Part shown: piece after piece, positions 7,742 to 17,299 of the stretch
Layout of the letters: each line of letters starts with the position of its first letter
How positions within the stretch are numbered: position 1 is the first letter of the stretch
DNA from: an uncultured Acidobacteriota bacterium
GTDB lineage: Bacteria > Acidobacteriota > Vicinamibacteria > Vicinamibacterales > 2-12-FULL-66-21
NCBI GenBank assembly: GCA_963740275.1
Contig: CAVUDT010000003.1
Span: forward strand, 205,898 to 269,897
Direction of reading: 5' to 3'
DNA length: 64,000 nt
Program-made: the position numbers and the translations under genes
The notes under the pieces: generated by a model
Told to the model about the DNA's origin: nothing
Database searches by the model: none
The model's input: the letters and a program-made list of their open reading frames with translations, nothing else

Positions 7742-9790
7742 TCACGGCCTTACGTAGAAGGCCGTCCGTGGGAACGAGAATGTCCCGGCGGCGGCATCGA
7801 TGATGTTGATCTGGCAGGTGTAGAGGCCCGGGGTGAACGAGCCGCCGGGAATCTCGAACTGGAACAGCGCCGCCTTGCGATCCGGGACGTCGACTGCGGA
7901 GCGCTCGACCGGGGGCGTTTCGAACACCTTGACCTTCCCGCGGTAGAAGGCGAGGCTGGTACGCAGCTGCGGCCCACCGCCAGCTTCACCTGGCTCGTAA
8001 ACCTCGTAGTAGAAGAAGAGCTTCTGGTCGCGGGCGACGACGTGGGTGACGTTGGGCACGAGCTGCACGCCGTCGCGGATCAGCGGGTTCTGGGAGCGGC
8101 CGCGGCCGGCCGGCTGCAGCTGGGTGCTCAGCACGATCGAGCTGACCTTCACCGCCGCCTGCTTCAGCTCGGGCACCGACAACGGCGTCTCGAACGAGCC
8201 GATCCGTCCGTTGGTGTTCTCGCGGACCACCACCTTCACCGAGAAGCGGCCGGGCGGGAGCGTGACCCCCGACTGATAGAGGACCTGCTTGCCGGCCAGC
8301 GTTGTTCCCGTCGCGGCGGGGAACTTCAGCGTCTCACGCATCCGTCCGAGCGGACGCCCCTGTTCGTCGGTAACGATCCCGAGCACGTCGAGCGACACCT
8401 CCTTGGCGGTGCCGACCGGCACTGCGGAGCCGGGGACGGCAACCGAGATCGGGACGTAGTACTGGTTGCCGCTCAGGCGGAAGAAGCCGCCGCTGACCAT
8501 GACCGGCACGTCGGTCGAGGACACCGGCGAGAACATCTGTTCCTGGAGCTGCATCTCGCGGTCGGACCGGTTGGTATGGGCGAAGTCGCGCTCCGCGAAG
8601 TAACCGGCGCGGGCTTCGACCCGCAGGCCATCGCGCTTGACGCGCACCTGGATACGGCGGAACCGCCCGTCCCTGGTCGTGTTGGTGCTGCTGTAGCCGA
8701 GCAGGTAGTAGGCGGACATGTCGCGCCGCACCCGGGCGTAGGCTTCGCCGAAGTCGTTGGTGTCGGTGAAGGCGCGGCCGCCGGTGTCGGCGGCCAGCGA
8801 GGTCAGGGTGTCCTGCGACGCCGCCAGCCGCGAGAACTGCTGCGCCACGCCGCGGCCCGAGAACAGTGCCTGCCCGCGGCCGCTCGCCTGCCGCGCATCG
8901 CCGCCGGGCACGACCGCCTGGAGGCCGCGCGTATCGACCGGGTAGATCGACACGTGCGCCCGGACGGCCGAGTTGATCGCCGTCCTGAGCTCGATCTGGT
9001 TGTCCTGGCCGCTGCGCTCCATGCCGGCGGAGAAGTAGAGAATCGCCTTCTTCTGCTCGAGCGGCGCCAGGGTGTCGGCGAGCGTCCGCAGCGCGCGCAG
9101 CCGGACGTCGTTGTTGAACATGTCCATCTCGCTCGTCTCGGCGTCAGTAGCGTCGGTCGCGGCCGCGGCTGCCTCCTCCGTCGCCGCGGTGGCGGCGTCG
9201 GGCGGCGGCGTCGCCGTCCCGTCGGTGTAGGCGAGCTGCGCAAGCGTGGCGGCGACCCTGGCGCGGTCCCCGGTGAAGTCGGTGAGCACTTCGAGGGTCG
9301 TGCTGACGGTCGCGACCGCGACCAGATCGGCCGGCGACATCTGCTCCGACACGAACTTGTTGGCCGAGTCGACGGCCCGCTGCACGTCTTCCGGCTGCAT
9401 CGAGCTCACGTCGAACAGCAGCACCATCAGCCGCCGTCCGCTGACGTCCGCGGCGGTCATCGGCCTGGCCGCAACTTCGGCGGCCGGATCGGTCATGCGC
9501 TCCTCGACGCCGGCCAGCAGGTCCGCCGTTGCCATCGGCGTCACGGCCGCATCCGAGATCTCCTCGAAGGAGAGCCCGAGCACCTCCTGGGGCCGTCCAT
9601 CTTCGCGGACTTCGAAGTCGGCCGCCGTCAGCCCTCGAACGATGTTCCCGGCCCGGTCGCGGACGACGATGTCCACCGAGACGAGGTCGCGGCCGCTGCG
9701 AAAGGTTGGGCGCTGCTGGCCGGAGCTGGTGGCGCCGGCCGGAACGAGCATGAACAGACTCAGCGCAACGGCCGCTGCAGGTCGGAGCAT
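7742..9790 (-). CDS. VWA domain-containing protein (VWFA-related acidobacterial domain type)
   Basis: Inside track ORF 7742..10534. ATG at 9788-9790 gives MLRPAAAVALSLFMLVPAGATSSGQQRPTFRSGRDLVSVDIVVRDRAGNIVRGLTAADFEVREDGRPQEV. The start shares one base with the upstream TGA (TGATG), which indicates translational coupling. Confidence 0.85.
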   Translation of the reverse strand: MLRPAAAVALSLFMLVPAGATSSGQQRPTFRSGRDLVSVDIVVRDRAGNIVRGLTAADFEVREDGRPQEVLGLSFEEISDAAVTPMATADLLAGVEERMTDPAAEVAARPMTAADVSGRRLMVLLFDVSSMQPEDVQRAVDSANKFVSEQMSPADLVAVATVSTTLEVLTDFTGDRARVAATLAQLAYTDGTATPPPDAATAATEEAAAAATDATDAETSEMDMFNNDVRLRALRTLADTLAPLEQKKAILYFSAGMERSGQDNQIELRTAINSAVRAHVSIYPVDTRGLQAVVPGGDARQASGRGQALFSGRGVAQQFSRLAASQDTLTSLAADTGGRAFTDTNDFGEAYARVRRDMSAYYLLGYSSTNTTRDGRFRRIQVRVKRDGLRVEARAGYFAERDFAHTNRSDREMQLQEQMFSPVSSTDVPVMVSGGFFRLSGNQYYVPISVAVPGSAVPVGTAKEVSLDVLGIVTDEQGRPLGRMRETLKFPAATGTTLAGKQVLYQSGVTLPPGRFSVKVVVRENTNGRIGSFETPLSVPELKQAAVKVSSIVLSTQLQPAGRGRSQNPLIRDGVQLVPNVTHVVARDQKLFFYYEVYEPGEAGGGPQLRTSLAFYRGKVKVFETPPVERSAVDVPDRKAALFQFEIPGGSFTPGLYTCQINIIDAAAGTFSFPRTAFYVRP

Positions 9791-12700
9791 CAGAATCGGA
9801 ACCGCAGCCCGAGCTGCATGGAGCGCATCGGCCGGACGGAAAGGACCTGCCCGAACGTCGGGGAGTTGACCAGCGTATCGATGGCGGCGTAGTTGACCAT
9901 GTTGAGGAGGTTGCTGGCGCTGAGATTGACGCTGAGGACACGGGTGTCGCCGAGCCGGATGTCGCGCGAGATCTGCGCGTCGAGCTGACGGCTGCCCGGC
10001 CCGATGATCAGATTCCGGCTGGCGCTGCCGAAGCTCCCGGTCGCCGGCACGGTGAACGCCGCGGTGTTGAAGAACAGGTCGATCGTCGGATCGTTCACCC
10101 GGATCGCGTCGCCGTTGTAGTCGGCGCGCAGCGTCCCGCTCGTGCCGCGGGCGACGTCGGCGGCGGCCGCCTGCACGCGGGGCGTGTAGGGCGTGCCTGA
10201 CTGCCACGAAAAATTGGCCGATGCCCGCCAGTTCTCGAGGAGGCTGGCCCACGGGCCGCCGTTGGCCAGCCAGCGCCGGTTCGGGCCGAAGGGCAACTCG
10301 AACGACAGGTCGGCCGCGACCTGATGCCGGCGGTCGAAGCTGGAGAGCCCCCACTCGGCGTCGAGGTCCTGGTCGTTCTGCGCCACTACCGTGCCGCCGC
10401 CGCCGATGGTCGAGGCGTTGTCGCGCGACTTCGCCAGCGTGTAGCTGAGGCCGCCGCCGAGGCCGCGCATCGGCCGCCGTCTCGCGCGGAGCGCGAGCGC
10501 ATTGAGCACCGAAGATCCTTCGGCGGTCTGCCACAGGAAGGGCTGGACACCCGGGATCCGCAGACCCTCCGGGCCGCGATTGGGCGCCCGCACGATGTCG
10601 AGGCTCGAGCCGCGGGTGTGCGTGTAGCTCGCGCCGACGTTCCAGACCTGCCGCAGGTCCTTCGAGATGTCTCCGTTCCAGGTCTGCACCAGCCCGAGCG
10701 CGTAGTTCTTGTCGACCCCGTAGTTGTTGGCGATCTCATCGCCGCTCGATCCGGCAAACGCGTTCTGGATCGTCAGCGGGTCCTCTGGCGTGCCGAGCTG
10801 CGTGTCGGTGACGGCGAACGGAGGCTGCGCCACCATCTGACGAGCGATTCCGGCGTACGAACCGGCGTTGTAGCTGATCCCGTAGCCGCCGCGGACGACG
10901 GTGCCGGGGGCGGCGCGCCAGGCGAAGCCGGCGCGCGGGGCGAGGTTGTTGGTGTCGGCGCGCACCAGGGCAGACGGGAACGCGCCGGTGAATGGGCCGG
11001 TGCCACCCGAAAGCACCGGCGCGGCGGCGCTGAAATCGGCGGGGACGTCGAGATTCGCCATGCGGCCGTTGTCTTCGTAGAACGGCCACAGCAGCTCGTA
11101 TCGCAGGCCGAAGTTGAAGGTGAGCGTCGCGCTGCGCCGCCAGTCGTCCTGCAGGAACAGGCTCATGGACCGGCCGGCAATCTGCACCTCGCCGGAGCCG
11201 TACTGGACGTTCGCACCCTGCGGCAGGCCGAGAAGGAAATCGGCGAAGTCGAGGCCGCCGCCGCTGGCCGACGCCAGGCCGCCCGACGAATGAAGCCCGG
11301 TGAAGGTGTAGGCGCCACGCGCGTTCGCGTCGGTGCGTGAGTCGGCCTGGTCGAGGCGAAAATCACCGCCGAGGTGAATCGTGTGGCGCGTACGCCACGG
11401 CCGGGTCATGGTGTAGCCGAGCGTGAGCCGCTGATCCAGCCGGTCGTTCGGCGTCACGTCGCGCACGCTGCTCAAGCTCGAAAACGACAGCGTCGGCACC
11501 CCCCAGTTGAGCGGATCGGTGGCGACGCCGGTAATGCCGGCGTCGCCGGCGACATCCTCGACGAACGAGTACCGGCTCAACGCCCGCGACGCCGTACGCG
11601 TGAAGGTCACGTTCACGTTGTGCAGCATTCGCCGGTGGCTGATGTTGAGCGAGACCGGCAGCGACAACGACGAGCCGCTGCTGACACCGCCGAGGGTGGG
11701 GAACACGTTGTTCAGCTCGTTGTCGTTGCGGCGGTACTGGAGCTGCGCGTTCATGACCACCGAGGTCCCCTGCTGCCCACCGCGGCCGCGTCCCCCCGGA
11801 CCACCTGCCCGCCCGCCGCCGCCGCGTCCGCCGCCGGCACCGCGGCCACCCGCCTGGGTGAAGTTGTGGGTCATGCGGAGGTTCAGGTTGTCGGACACGG
11901 TGTCGGTCGTGGTCACGTAGTGGAAGTTGCGGCTCGTGCCATCGAGGTTGGGTGTGGGAATGAACCGCAGCAGGGCCACCGACGCGCTATCCATGCGCGA
12001 GGCCGGCACCTGGTTGCCGGCGAATGGCTGTCCGGTCGAAGGGTCGACCAGCGGCGCGTCGATCGAGGAGAAATCGCCCGACCGCATCGCCGCGGTCGGC
12101 ACGGTGGCGTACTGGTCGAACAGCTGATCGCCGCGGTTGCCGTTGTAGCTGGCCGTGAATGTCGTCCGGCGCTGGCCGTTGTAACCGGGGAGGCGCACTG
12201 GTCCGCCGACGGTGACCCCGAACGTCTGACGGTTGTACGGGGTCGACCCCACCGGCCGGTCGGGGCGCAGTTGATAGGGGGCGCTGTCGAGCGCCGAGCC
12301 GCCGTAGTTGTAGTTCGTCTGGATGTTGTAGGCGCGCTGGCGGCCGCCCCGTCCGCCGATCACGAAATCGCCGCGGCCGCCACGGCCTCCGGGGCCGCCG
12401 GCCCGGCCTCCGGGCCCGCCGGGTCCGCCGCGTCCTTCCTGCCCGCCGCGGCCGCCCGGGCCGCCCGGTTCGCTCCGACCGGCCGGGCCAAAGCCCTGCG
12501 CCAGTTCCCCGGTGACCGGATCGATCTCACCGCGGCCGATCGCCTCGAAACGATCCCCCATCATCCCGCGATCCAGGTTGGCCATGTTGCCGCTCACCGC
12601 GAGCGACTCGGTCGGTGCGTCCGGAGAGAAGCCCGGCGGCAGCAGCAGGCGGGTCGAGGCGTCGACCAGCTCGCGCTCCGGCTGCGGCAGTTCGGCCGCC

Positions 12701-13146
12701 GCGGCCCCCTGCTGCGCCTGCACGTTGAGCGTTTCGAACCGCGGTCTGGCGGCGCCAGCCGGGGTGGCGGTCGCGGCGCGTGGCGTCCGCGGCTGCAACC
12801 CGAGCTGAAGGTCGACAACCTGGGGCGCGCACGGATCGCCGGCAAGGGTGATCGCCCGGTCGACGGTGGTGAAGCCGGTGAGCTCCGCCTTCAGCTGGTA
12901 GGCGCCAGGAGCAACCGTGAGTTGATAGGTGCCGTCGGTCTCCGACGAAGAAGCCACCGCCACCTTGCCATCGGCCAGCGCGACGATCGACACCCCAGGC
13001 AGCGGCGTGCTGCCGCTGATGGCCCGGCCCGAGATCCGGCACGGCAGCGGCCCCTGCTGCGCCTGAGGAAGTCCGGACGCGATCGTCACCGCGACGCTGC
13101 ACCACAGCAGCGTGCGGGTTCGCTGATACCCGACGGTCGTTGTCAA
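9790..13146 (-). CDS. TonB-dependent outer-membrane receptor with N-terminal carboxypeptidase-regulatory-like domain
   Basis: Track ORF of 1118 aa. TTG start is preceded by CAGGAG. N-terminus: ISGRAISGSTPLPGVSIVALADGKVAVASSSETDGTYQLTVAPGAYQLKAELTGF. C-terminus is the beta-barrel end QLGLRFRF. Two Gly/Arg/Pro inserts are present (GGPGGRGGQEGRGGPGGPGGRAGGPGGRGGRG). Confidence 0.9.
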   Translation of the reverse strand: MTTTVGYQRTRTLLWCSVAVTIASGLPQAQQGPLPCRISGRAISGSTPLPGVSIVALADGKVAVASSSETDGTYQLTVAPGAYQLKAELTGFTTVDRAITLAGDPCAPQVVDLQLGLQPRTPRAATATPAGAARPRFETLNVQAQQGAAAAELPQPERELVDASTRLLLPPGFSPDAPTESLAVSGNMANLDRGMMGDRFEAIGRGEIDPVTGELAQGFGPAGRSEPGGPGGRGGQEGRGGPGGPGGRAGGPGGRGGRGDFVIGGRGGRQRAYNIQTNYNYGGSALDSAPYQLRPDRPVGSTPYNRQTFGVTVGGPVRLPGYNGQRRTTFTASYNGNRGDQLFDQYATVPTAAMRSGDFSSIDAPLVDPSTGQPFAGNQVPASRMDSASVALLRFIPTPNLDGTSRNFHYVTTTDTVSDNLNLRMTHNFTQAGGRGAGGGRGGGGRAGGPGGRGRGGQQGTSVVMNAQLQYRRNDNELNNVFPTLGGVSSGSSLSLPVSLNISHRRMLHNVNVTFTRTASRALSRYSFVEDVAGDAGITGVATDPLNWGVPTLSFSSLSSVRDVTPNDRLDQRLTLGYTMTRPWRTRHTIHLGGDFRLDQADSRTDANARGAYTFTGLHSSGGLASASGGGLDFADFLLGLPQGANVQYGSGEVQIAGRSMSLFLQDDWRRSATLTFNFGLRYELLWPFYEDNGRMANLDVPADFSAAAPVLSGGTGPFTGAFPSALVRADTNNLAPRAGFAWRAAPGTVVRGGYGISYNAGSYAGIARQMVAQPPFAVTDTQLGTPEDPLTIQNAFAGSSGDEIANNYGVDKNYALGLVQTWNGDISKDLRQVWNVGASYTHTRGSSLDIVRAPNRGPEGLRIPGVQPFLWQTAEGSSVLNALALRARRRPMRGLGGGLSYTLAKSRDNASTIGGGGTVVAQNDQDLDAEWGLSSFDRRHQVAADLSFELPFGPNRRWLANGGPWASLLENWRASANFSWQSGTPYTPRVQAAAADVARGTSGTLRADYNGDAIRVNDPTIDLFFNTAAFTVPATGSFGSASRNLIIGPGSRQLDAQISRDIRLGDTRVLSVNLSASNLLNMVNYAAIDTLVNSPTFGQVLSVRPMRSMQLGLRFRF

Positions 13147-13185
13147 CTGAAGGCTCCTGGCGCCCGCGACACAAGGCTCTTTGAA

Positions 13186-13247
13186 CAGGAGGTCAGAAGA
13201 TCAGGAGTCTTTTGGATCTGAATCTCCTGAACTCCTCGTCTCCTGTA
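13186..13247. repeat. 8-nt-period inverted array: CAGGAGGT CAGAAGAT CAGGAGTC / loop / CTCCTGAA CTCCTCGT CTCCTGTA
   Basis: Read directly. It lies between the kinase stop (13263) and the TonB-receptor start (13146). It is a hairpin-forming, likely terminator of the RR-HK operon. The units equal the SD and anti-SD of the downstream gene. Confidence 0.8.
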
Positions 13248-13262
13248 AGAAATCTGCTCGAC

Positions 13263-14747
13263 TCATCGGCCATCTGTCAGCGAATACGCGCGCTGCGTCG
13301 TCGCCGTTTCCTGCGCAGGCAGGAGGATGGTGAACTCGGCGCCGCCACCGGCAGCGTTGCCCGCCGTGATCTCGCCGCCGTGATGCCGGACGATCGCCTG
13401 AACGATGGACAGCCCGAGCCCGCTGCCGGACGGGATCTTTGTTCCCGCGCGCGACCCGTCCGCCTTGTAGAAGCGTCCGAAGATGTGCGGCAGATGCTCC
13501 GCCGGAATGCCCGGACCGGTGTCGCGGACGATGAGGCGGACACCGGCGGGTACGGGCTCGGCGATCAGCGACAGCCGCCCCCCTTCGGGCATGTGCCGGA
13601 TCGCGTTGGCGGCGAGATTCTGGATCGCCTGTTCGAGCCGCGCGGCACTGCCGACGAGCGGCGGTGTCGCGGGATCGACGGCGACGTCCGCGCCGATCTG
13701 TTTCCGCTGGATGTCGGGAAGGTGGCGATCGATCACCCGCTGGAAGAGGTCCTGCACCGCCACGCGCTCGCTCTGCAGCTGCTCGCCGCCTCCCTCGAGA
13801 CGCGCGAGATCGAGCAGGTCGCCGATGATCGCTTCCAGCTTGTATGTTTCCTGGTCCGCTACCGCGAGATACCGGCGGCGCGTCTCGTCGTCGATGGCGA
13901 TCTCCGGCATCGACAGCGTCTGGACGTAGCCGCGGATCGCGGTGAGCGGCGTCATCAGCTCGTGCGAGACATCGGCCAGCAGCTGGCGGCGTGCGTTGTC
14001 GGAAGCCGCGAGCGCTTCCGCCCGGACCCGCAGATCGTCGGCCATCCGGTTGAAGGCCCGCGCCAGGTCGGCGACCTCGTCGCCGCCGGTCTCTGACGCC
14101 CGCGCGTCGGTCTGTCCTTCGCCGAGCGCCTGTGCCGCCTGCTCCAGCGAACGCAGCCGCCGGTGGGTCGGGCCGAAGATCAGCAGCGCGGCGGCGATCA
14201 CGCCGGTGATGAGAAGGCCGACGCCGGCCAGGGCAAGCGTCGGGCCGAACCGTTGCACCGCCATCCATGTCGGCGGGCTCGGCGGCACCGCGACGATCCC
14301 GATCTGGACGCCGTTGACCACCACTGGCGCCGAGTCCGGGCGGCCCGGCCCACCGCGCCGCCCTTCAGGTCCGCCCCGGCCGCCGGGACCACCAGGACCG
14401 CCGGGGCCGCGTGGCGGTCCGGGAAAGCCGCGCGGCAGCGCATCGGGCCGGTTGGTCGCACGCCGCCCGTCGTGCATCATCACGGAGAACGGCCGCTTGA
14501 TCTCGGCGAACGCGGTCTTGACGTGCAGGTCGAGGTCGAGGTTCGGACGCTGGGTGAGCGCGTCCGACAGCTCGCGGGCGACGAAGTCGGCGAGTTGCTG
14601 CGGTGTGCGTCCCTGCGGCAGTTCGTCCAGCCGGCCTGACAGCCAGAGAAAGAGCACCGCCTGCGCGAGCAGCAGGGCGGCGAGCAGCGCCACGAAGCCG
14701 ATCGCGATCCGGACGTAGAGGCTGCGGAACCAGCGTCGCTCAGACAT
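13263..14747 (-). CDS. HAMP-domain sensor histidine kinase
   Basis: Track ORF of 494 aa. It has two TM segments and a periplasmic loop containing GPGGPGGPGGRGG. HAMP: DEVADLARAFNRMADDL. H-box: LLADVSHELMTPLTAIRGY. HATPase: RDTGPGIP, GSGLGLSIV. Confidence 0.9.
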   Translation of the reverse strand: MSERRWFRSLYVRIAIGFVALLAALLLAQAVLFLWLSGRLDELPQGRTPQQLADFVARELSDALTQRPNLDLDLHVKTAFAEIKRPFSVMMHDGRRATNRPDALPRGFPGPPRGPGGPGGPGGRGGPEGRRGGPGRPDSAPVVVNGVQIGIVAVPPSPPTWMAVQRFGPTLALAGVGLLITGVIAAALLIFGPTHRRLRSLEQAAQALGEGQTDARASETGGDEVADLARAFNRMADDLRVRAEALAASDNARRQLLADVSHELMTPLTAIRGYVQTLSMPEIAIDDETRRRYLAVADQETYKLEAIIGDLLDLARLEGGGEQLQSERVAVQDLFQRVIDRHLPDIQRKQIGADVAVDPATPPLVGSAARLEQAIQNLAANAIRHMPEGGRLSLIAEPVPAGVRLIVRDTGPGIPAEHLPHIFGRFYKADGSRAGTKIPSGSGLGLSIVQAIVRHHGGEITAGNAAGGGAEFTILLPAQETATTQRAYSLTDGR

Positions 14748-15456
14748 CGGCGAACTTGTACCCGGTGCCCCAGACGGTCAGGATGTACTTCGGTTCCGCC
14801 CCCTCGTCCTCGATCTTCCGGCGGACGCGTTTCACCAGGGTGTCGACGCTGCGCTCGGTGATGTGGGTGTCGTTTCCCCAGACCCGCTGCATGAGCGCTT
14901 CGCGGCTGAAGACGAGGCCACGGTTGCTGGCCAGCAGGTACAACAGGTCGAACTCGTTCGCCGTCAGGTCGATCTCCCGGCCCTCGAGGCGCGCCTGGCG
15001 CCGGCCCGGGTCCACGGTCAGGTCTCCGGCGTTGATGGGGGAGGGGTGCGCGTCCGCCTCCGCCGTCCGCTGCCGGCGGCGCTGGAGCGCGTGCACCCGG
15101 GCGACGAACTCGCGGATGCCGAACGGCTTCGTCAGGTAGTCATCCGCCCCCGTCTCGAGGCCGAGCACTTTGTCAGACTCCTCACGCCGCGCCGTCAGCA
15201 TGAGGATCAGGGTGTCCTGGTTCGCCGACTCGCGGCGGATCGCCGCGCACACGCTGATCCCGTCCAGCCCGGGCAGCATCACGTCGAGCACGATCAGGTC
15301 GAACCGCTCGGCTCGCGCCAGCCGCAGCGCCTCCGAGCCATCCGCAGACGGAAGCACGGCAAAGCCTTCGAGCTTGAGGTGCAGGGTGAGCAGTTCCCGG
15401 ATCGCGTCATCGTCTTCGACGACGAGCACGCGCCTGGCTCGGGTGTCGGGCTCCAT
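14740..15456 (-). CDS. OmpR/PhoB-type response regulator
   Basis: Inside track ORF 14740..15501. ATG at 15454-15456 gives MEPDTRARRVLVVEDDDAIRELL. Receiver motif DLIVLDVMLPGLDG. Winged-helix end YILTVWGTGYKFADV. Overlaps the kinase start by 8 nt. Confidence 0.9.
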   Translation of the reverse strand: MEPDTRARRVLVVEDDDAIRELLTLHLKLEGFAVLPSADGSEALRLARAERFDLIVLDVMLPGLDGISVCAAIRRESANQDTLILMLTARREESDKVLGLETGADDYLTKPFGIREFVARVHALQRRRQRTAEADAHPSPINAGDLTVDPGRRQARLEGREIDLTANEFDLLYLLASNRGLVFSREALMQRVWGNDTHITERSVDTLVKRVRRKIEDEGAEPKYILTVWGTGYKFADV

Positions 15457-15558
15457 GTGAAGCCAGTGTAAGCCGCCCCTGCCGCAGGGGACGGCTGCCA
15501 CCGTTTTTTCACACCCGCGCCACGCCTACGCCATGTCTGTCTCGTTTAATCAATCATC

Positions 15559-16779
15559 ATGAAACGGAACCTGATCATCCTCCTGACGCTGGTCATCGCG
15601 ACGACGCTGACGGTCAGCGCGTTTTACAACCGCGCCGGCGGCGCCGCCCCGGTGATTGCCGCCGGAACGGTGACCCGCGGCCCGGTCGTCAAGGCCATCG
15701 CGGCGACCGGAACGCTCGAGGCGATGACGACCGTCCAGGTGGGAAGCCAGGTGTCGGGCAGCGTCCAGGCGTTGTATGCCGATTTCAACTCGCTCGTGAA
15801 GAAGGGGCAGGTGTTGGCCCGGCTGGATCCGTCGCTGTATCGGACGGCGATCGAGCAGGCGCAGGCGAACCTGCTCAAGGCCGAGGCCGACGAGCAGCGC
15901 GTTCGGGTGCTGCTCGCCGACGCCGAGGCCAAACTGGTCCGCGCGCGGGAGCTGTCGGCCCGACAGCTCATCCCCGCAAACGATCTCGAGACCGCCCAGG
16001 TGGAGCGCGACTCGATCCAGGCGCAGATCCGCTCGGCCGGCGCGAGCGTGACCCAGGCTCGAGCCTCGCTCGAGCAGGCGCAGGTCAACCTGAACAAGAC
16101 CGTCATCACCTCGCCGATCGACGGGATCGTCATCTCGCGGAGCGTCGACGTCGGCCAGACCGTCGCGGCGAGCCTCTCGGCGCCGACGCTCTACTTGATT
16201 GCCGCGGATCTGTCGCAGATGCAGTTGAGCGCGAGCGTCGATGAGTCGGATCTCGGCCAGATCCGCGAAGGACAGTCGGTGCGATTTACCGTGGACGCCT
16301 ATCCGACGCAGACCTTCAGCGGCGTCGTTCGCCAGGTGCGACTCAACCCGGTGGTCGTCTCAAATGTCGTGACCTACGCGGCGATCATCACCGCGCCGAA
16401 CCCGCGGCTGGAGCTGAAGCCCGGCATGACGGCCAACCTGACGGTGGAAGTGGCGCGACGCGAGGACGTGCTGCGCGTACCGGCCGCGGCGCTGCGGTTC
16501 AAGCCCACCGCCGACGTGCTGCAGGCGTTGAATGCGAAGTCGACCGCGGCTCCGGCGGGCACGTTGGTCTGGCAGCAGGACGGTGAGACGCTGAAGCCGG
16601 TCCGGGTAAAAGCCGGTCTCACCGATGGAACGTGGACGGAGATCGTGGAGGGAGCTTTGACGGAAGGGGACCGGGTGGCGACGAGCGCCTCACTCGCCGG
16701 CGAGGCGGCGCCGGCCGCGCGCCCGGGTGCTCCGGCGACCGCCAACCCTCTCATGGGCGCTCAGCCTGGGCGGCGATAG
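15559..16779 (+). CDS. efflux transporter periplasmic adaptor subunit (HlyD/MacA-like)
   Basis: Track ORF of 406 aa with an N-terminal TM. Contains VQVGSQVSGSVQALYADFNSLVKKGQVLARLDP, a coiled-coil hairpin, and ITSPIDGIVISRSVDVGQ. Confidence 0.85.
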   Translation: MKRNLIILLTLVIATTLTVSAFYNRAGGAAPVIAAGTVTRGPVVKAIAATGTLEAMTTVQVGSQVSGSVQALYADFNSLVKKGQVLARLDPSLYRTAIEQAQANLLKAEADEQRVRVLLADAEAKLVRARELSARQLIPANDLETAQVERDSIQAQIRSAGASVTQARASLEQAQVNLNKTVITSPIDGIVISRSVDVGQTVAASLSAPTLYLIAADLSQMQLSASVDESDLGQIREGQSVRFTVDAYPTQTFSGVVRQVRLNPVVVSNVVTYAAIITAPNPRLELKPGMTANLTVEVARREDVLRVPAAALRFKPTADVLQALNAKSTAAPAGTLVWQQDGETLKPVRVKAGLTDGTWTEIVEGALTEGDRVATSASLAGEAAPAARPGAPATANPLMGAQPGRR

Positions 16780-16825
16780 CACGGCGACAGCAGACGGACA
16801 GACGAACAGACAAGGGAGTCAGTCA

Positions 16826-17299
16826 ATGAAGAGCCTATTGAAGACGGCGGTCGTAGGTGGAATGGCGGCGGTGTTCGTCGCTTCGGTGGCAGTCGCGCAG
16901 CAGGAGCCGGGGCGAGGGCGCCAGGGTGGCCCGGGGGGGCCCGGCGGGCGCGGGATGCTGCCGGGCATCATGCAGGATCTGACCGAGGAGCAGCGCAGCC
17001 AGGTCAAGGCGATCCTCGACGAGGAGCGCGGCCGTGACGGGCAGCCGCCCGCCGACGCGAAGCTGCGGCGCGAGCTCGAAGCCGAGCTCCTCGCGGACGT
17101 GCCCAACGATCAGAAGATCGAAGACCTGAAGCAGCAGATCCTGGTGCTCCAGGCCGAGGGGCTCTCGCGGCACATCACGGTCCAGAAGCGCGTCGCGCAG
17201 GTGCTCACGCCTGAACAGAGGGCCAAGGCCCGCGAGCGGATCGCCGAGGGGCCGCCCGAAGGCCGGGGACGCCGCGGTTCTCCCGGTTCCAGGTTCTAG
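16826..17299 (+). CDS. Spy/CpxP-family periplasmic protein (LTXXQ motifs)
   Basis: Inside track ORF 16727..17299. ATG 16826 follows AAGGGAG. Signal peptide MKSLLKTAVVGGMAAVFVASVAVAQ. Motifs LTEEQRSQV and LTPEQRAKA. N-terminal GGPGGPGGRG. Its TAG shares the palindrome CTAG with the convergent gene's stop. Confidence 0.75.
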   Translation: MKSLLKTAVVGGMAAVFVASVAVAQQEPGRGRQGGPGGPGGRGMLPGIMQDLTEEQRSQVKAILDEERGRDGQPPADAKLRRELEAELLADVPNDQKIEDLKQQILVLQAEGLSRHITVQKRVAQVLTPEQRAKARERIAEGPPEGRGRRGSPGSRF

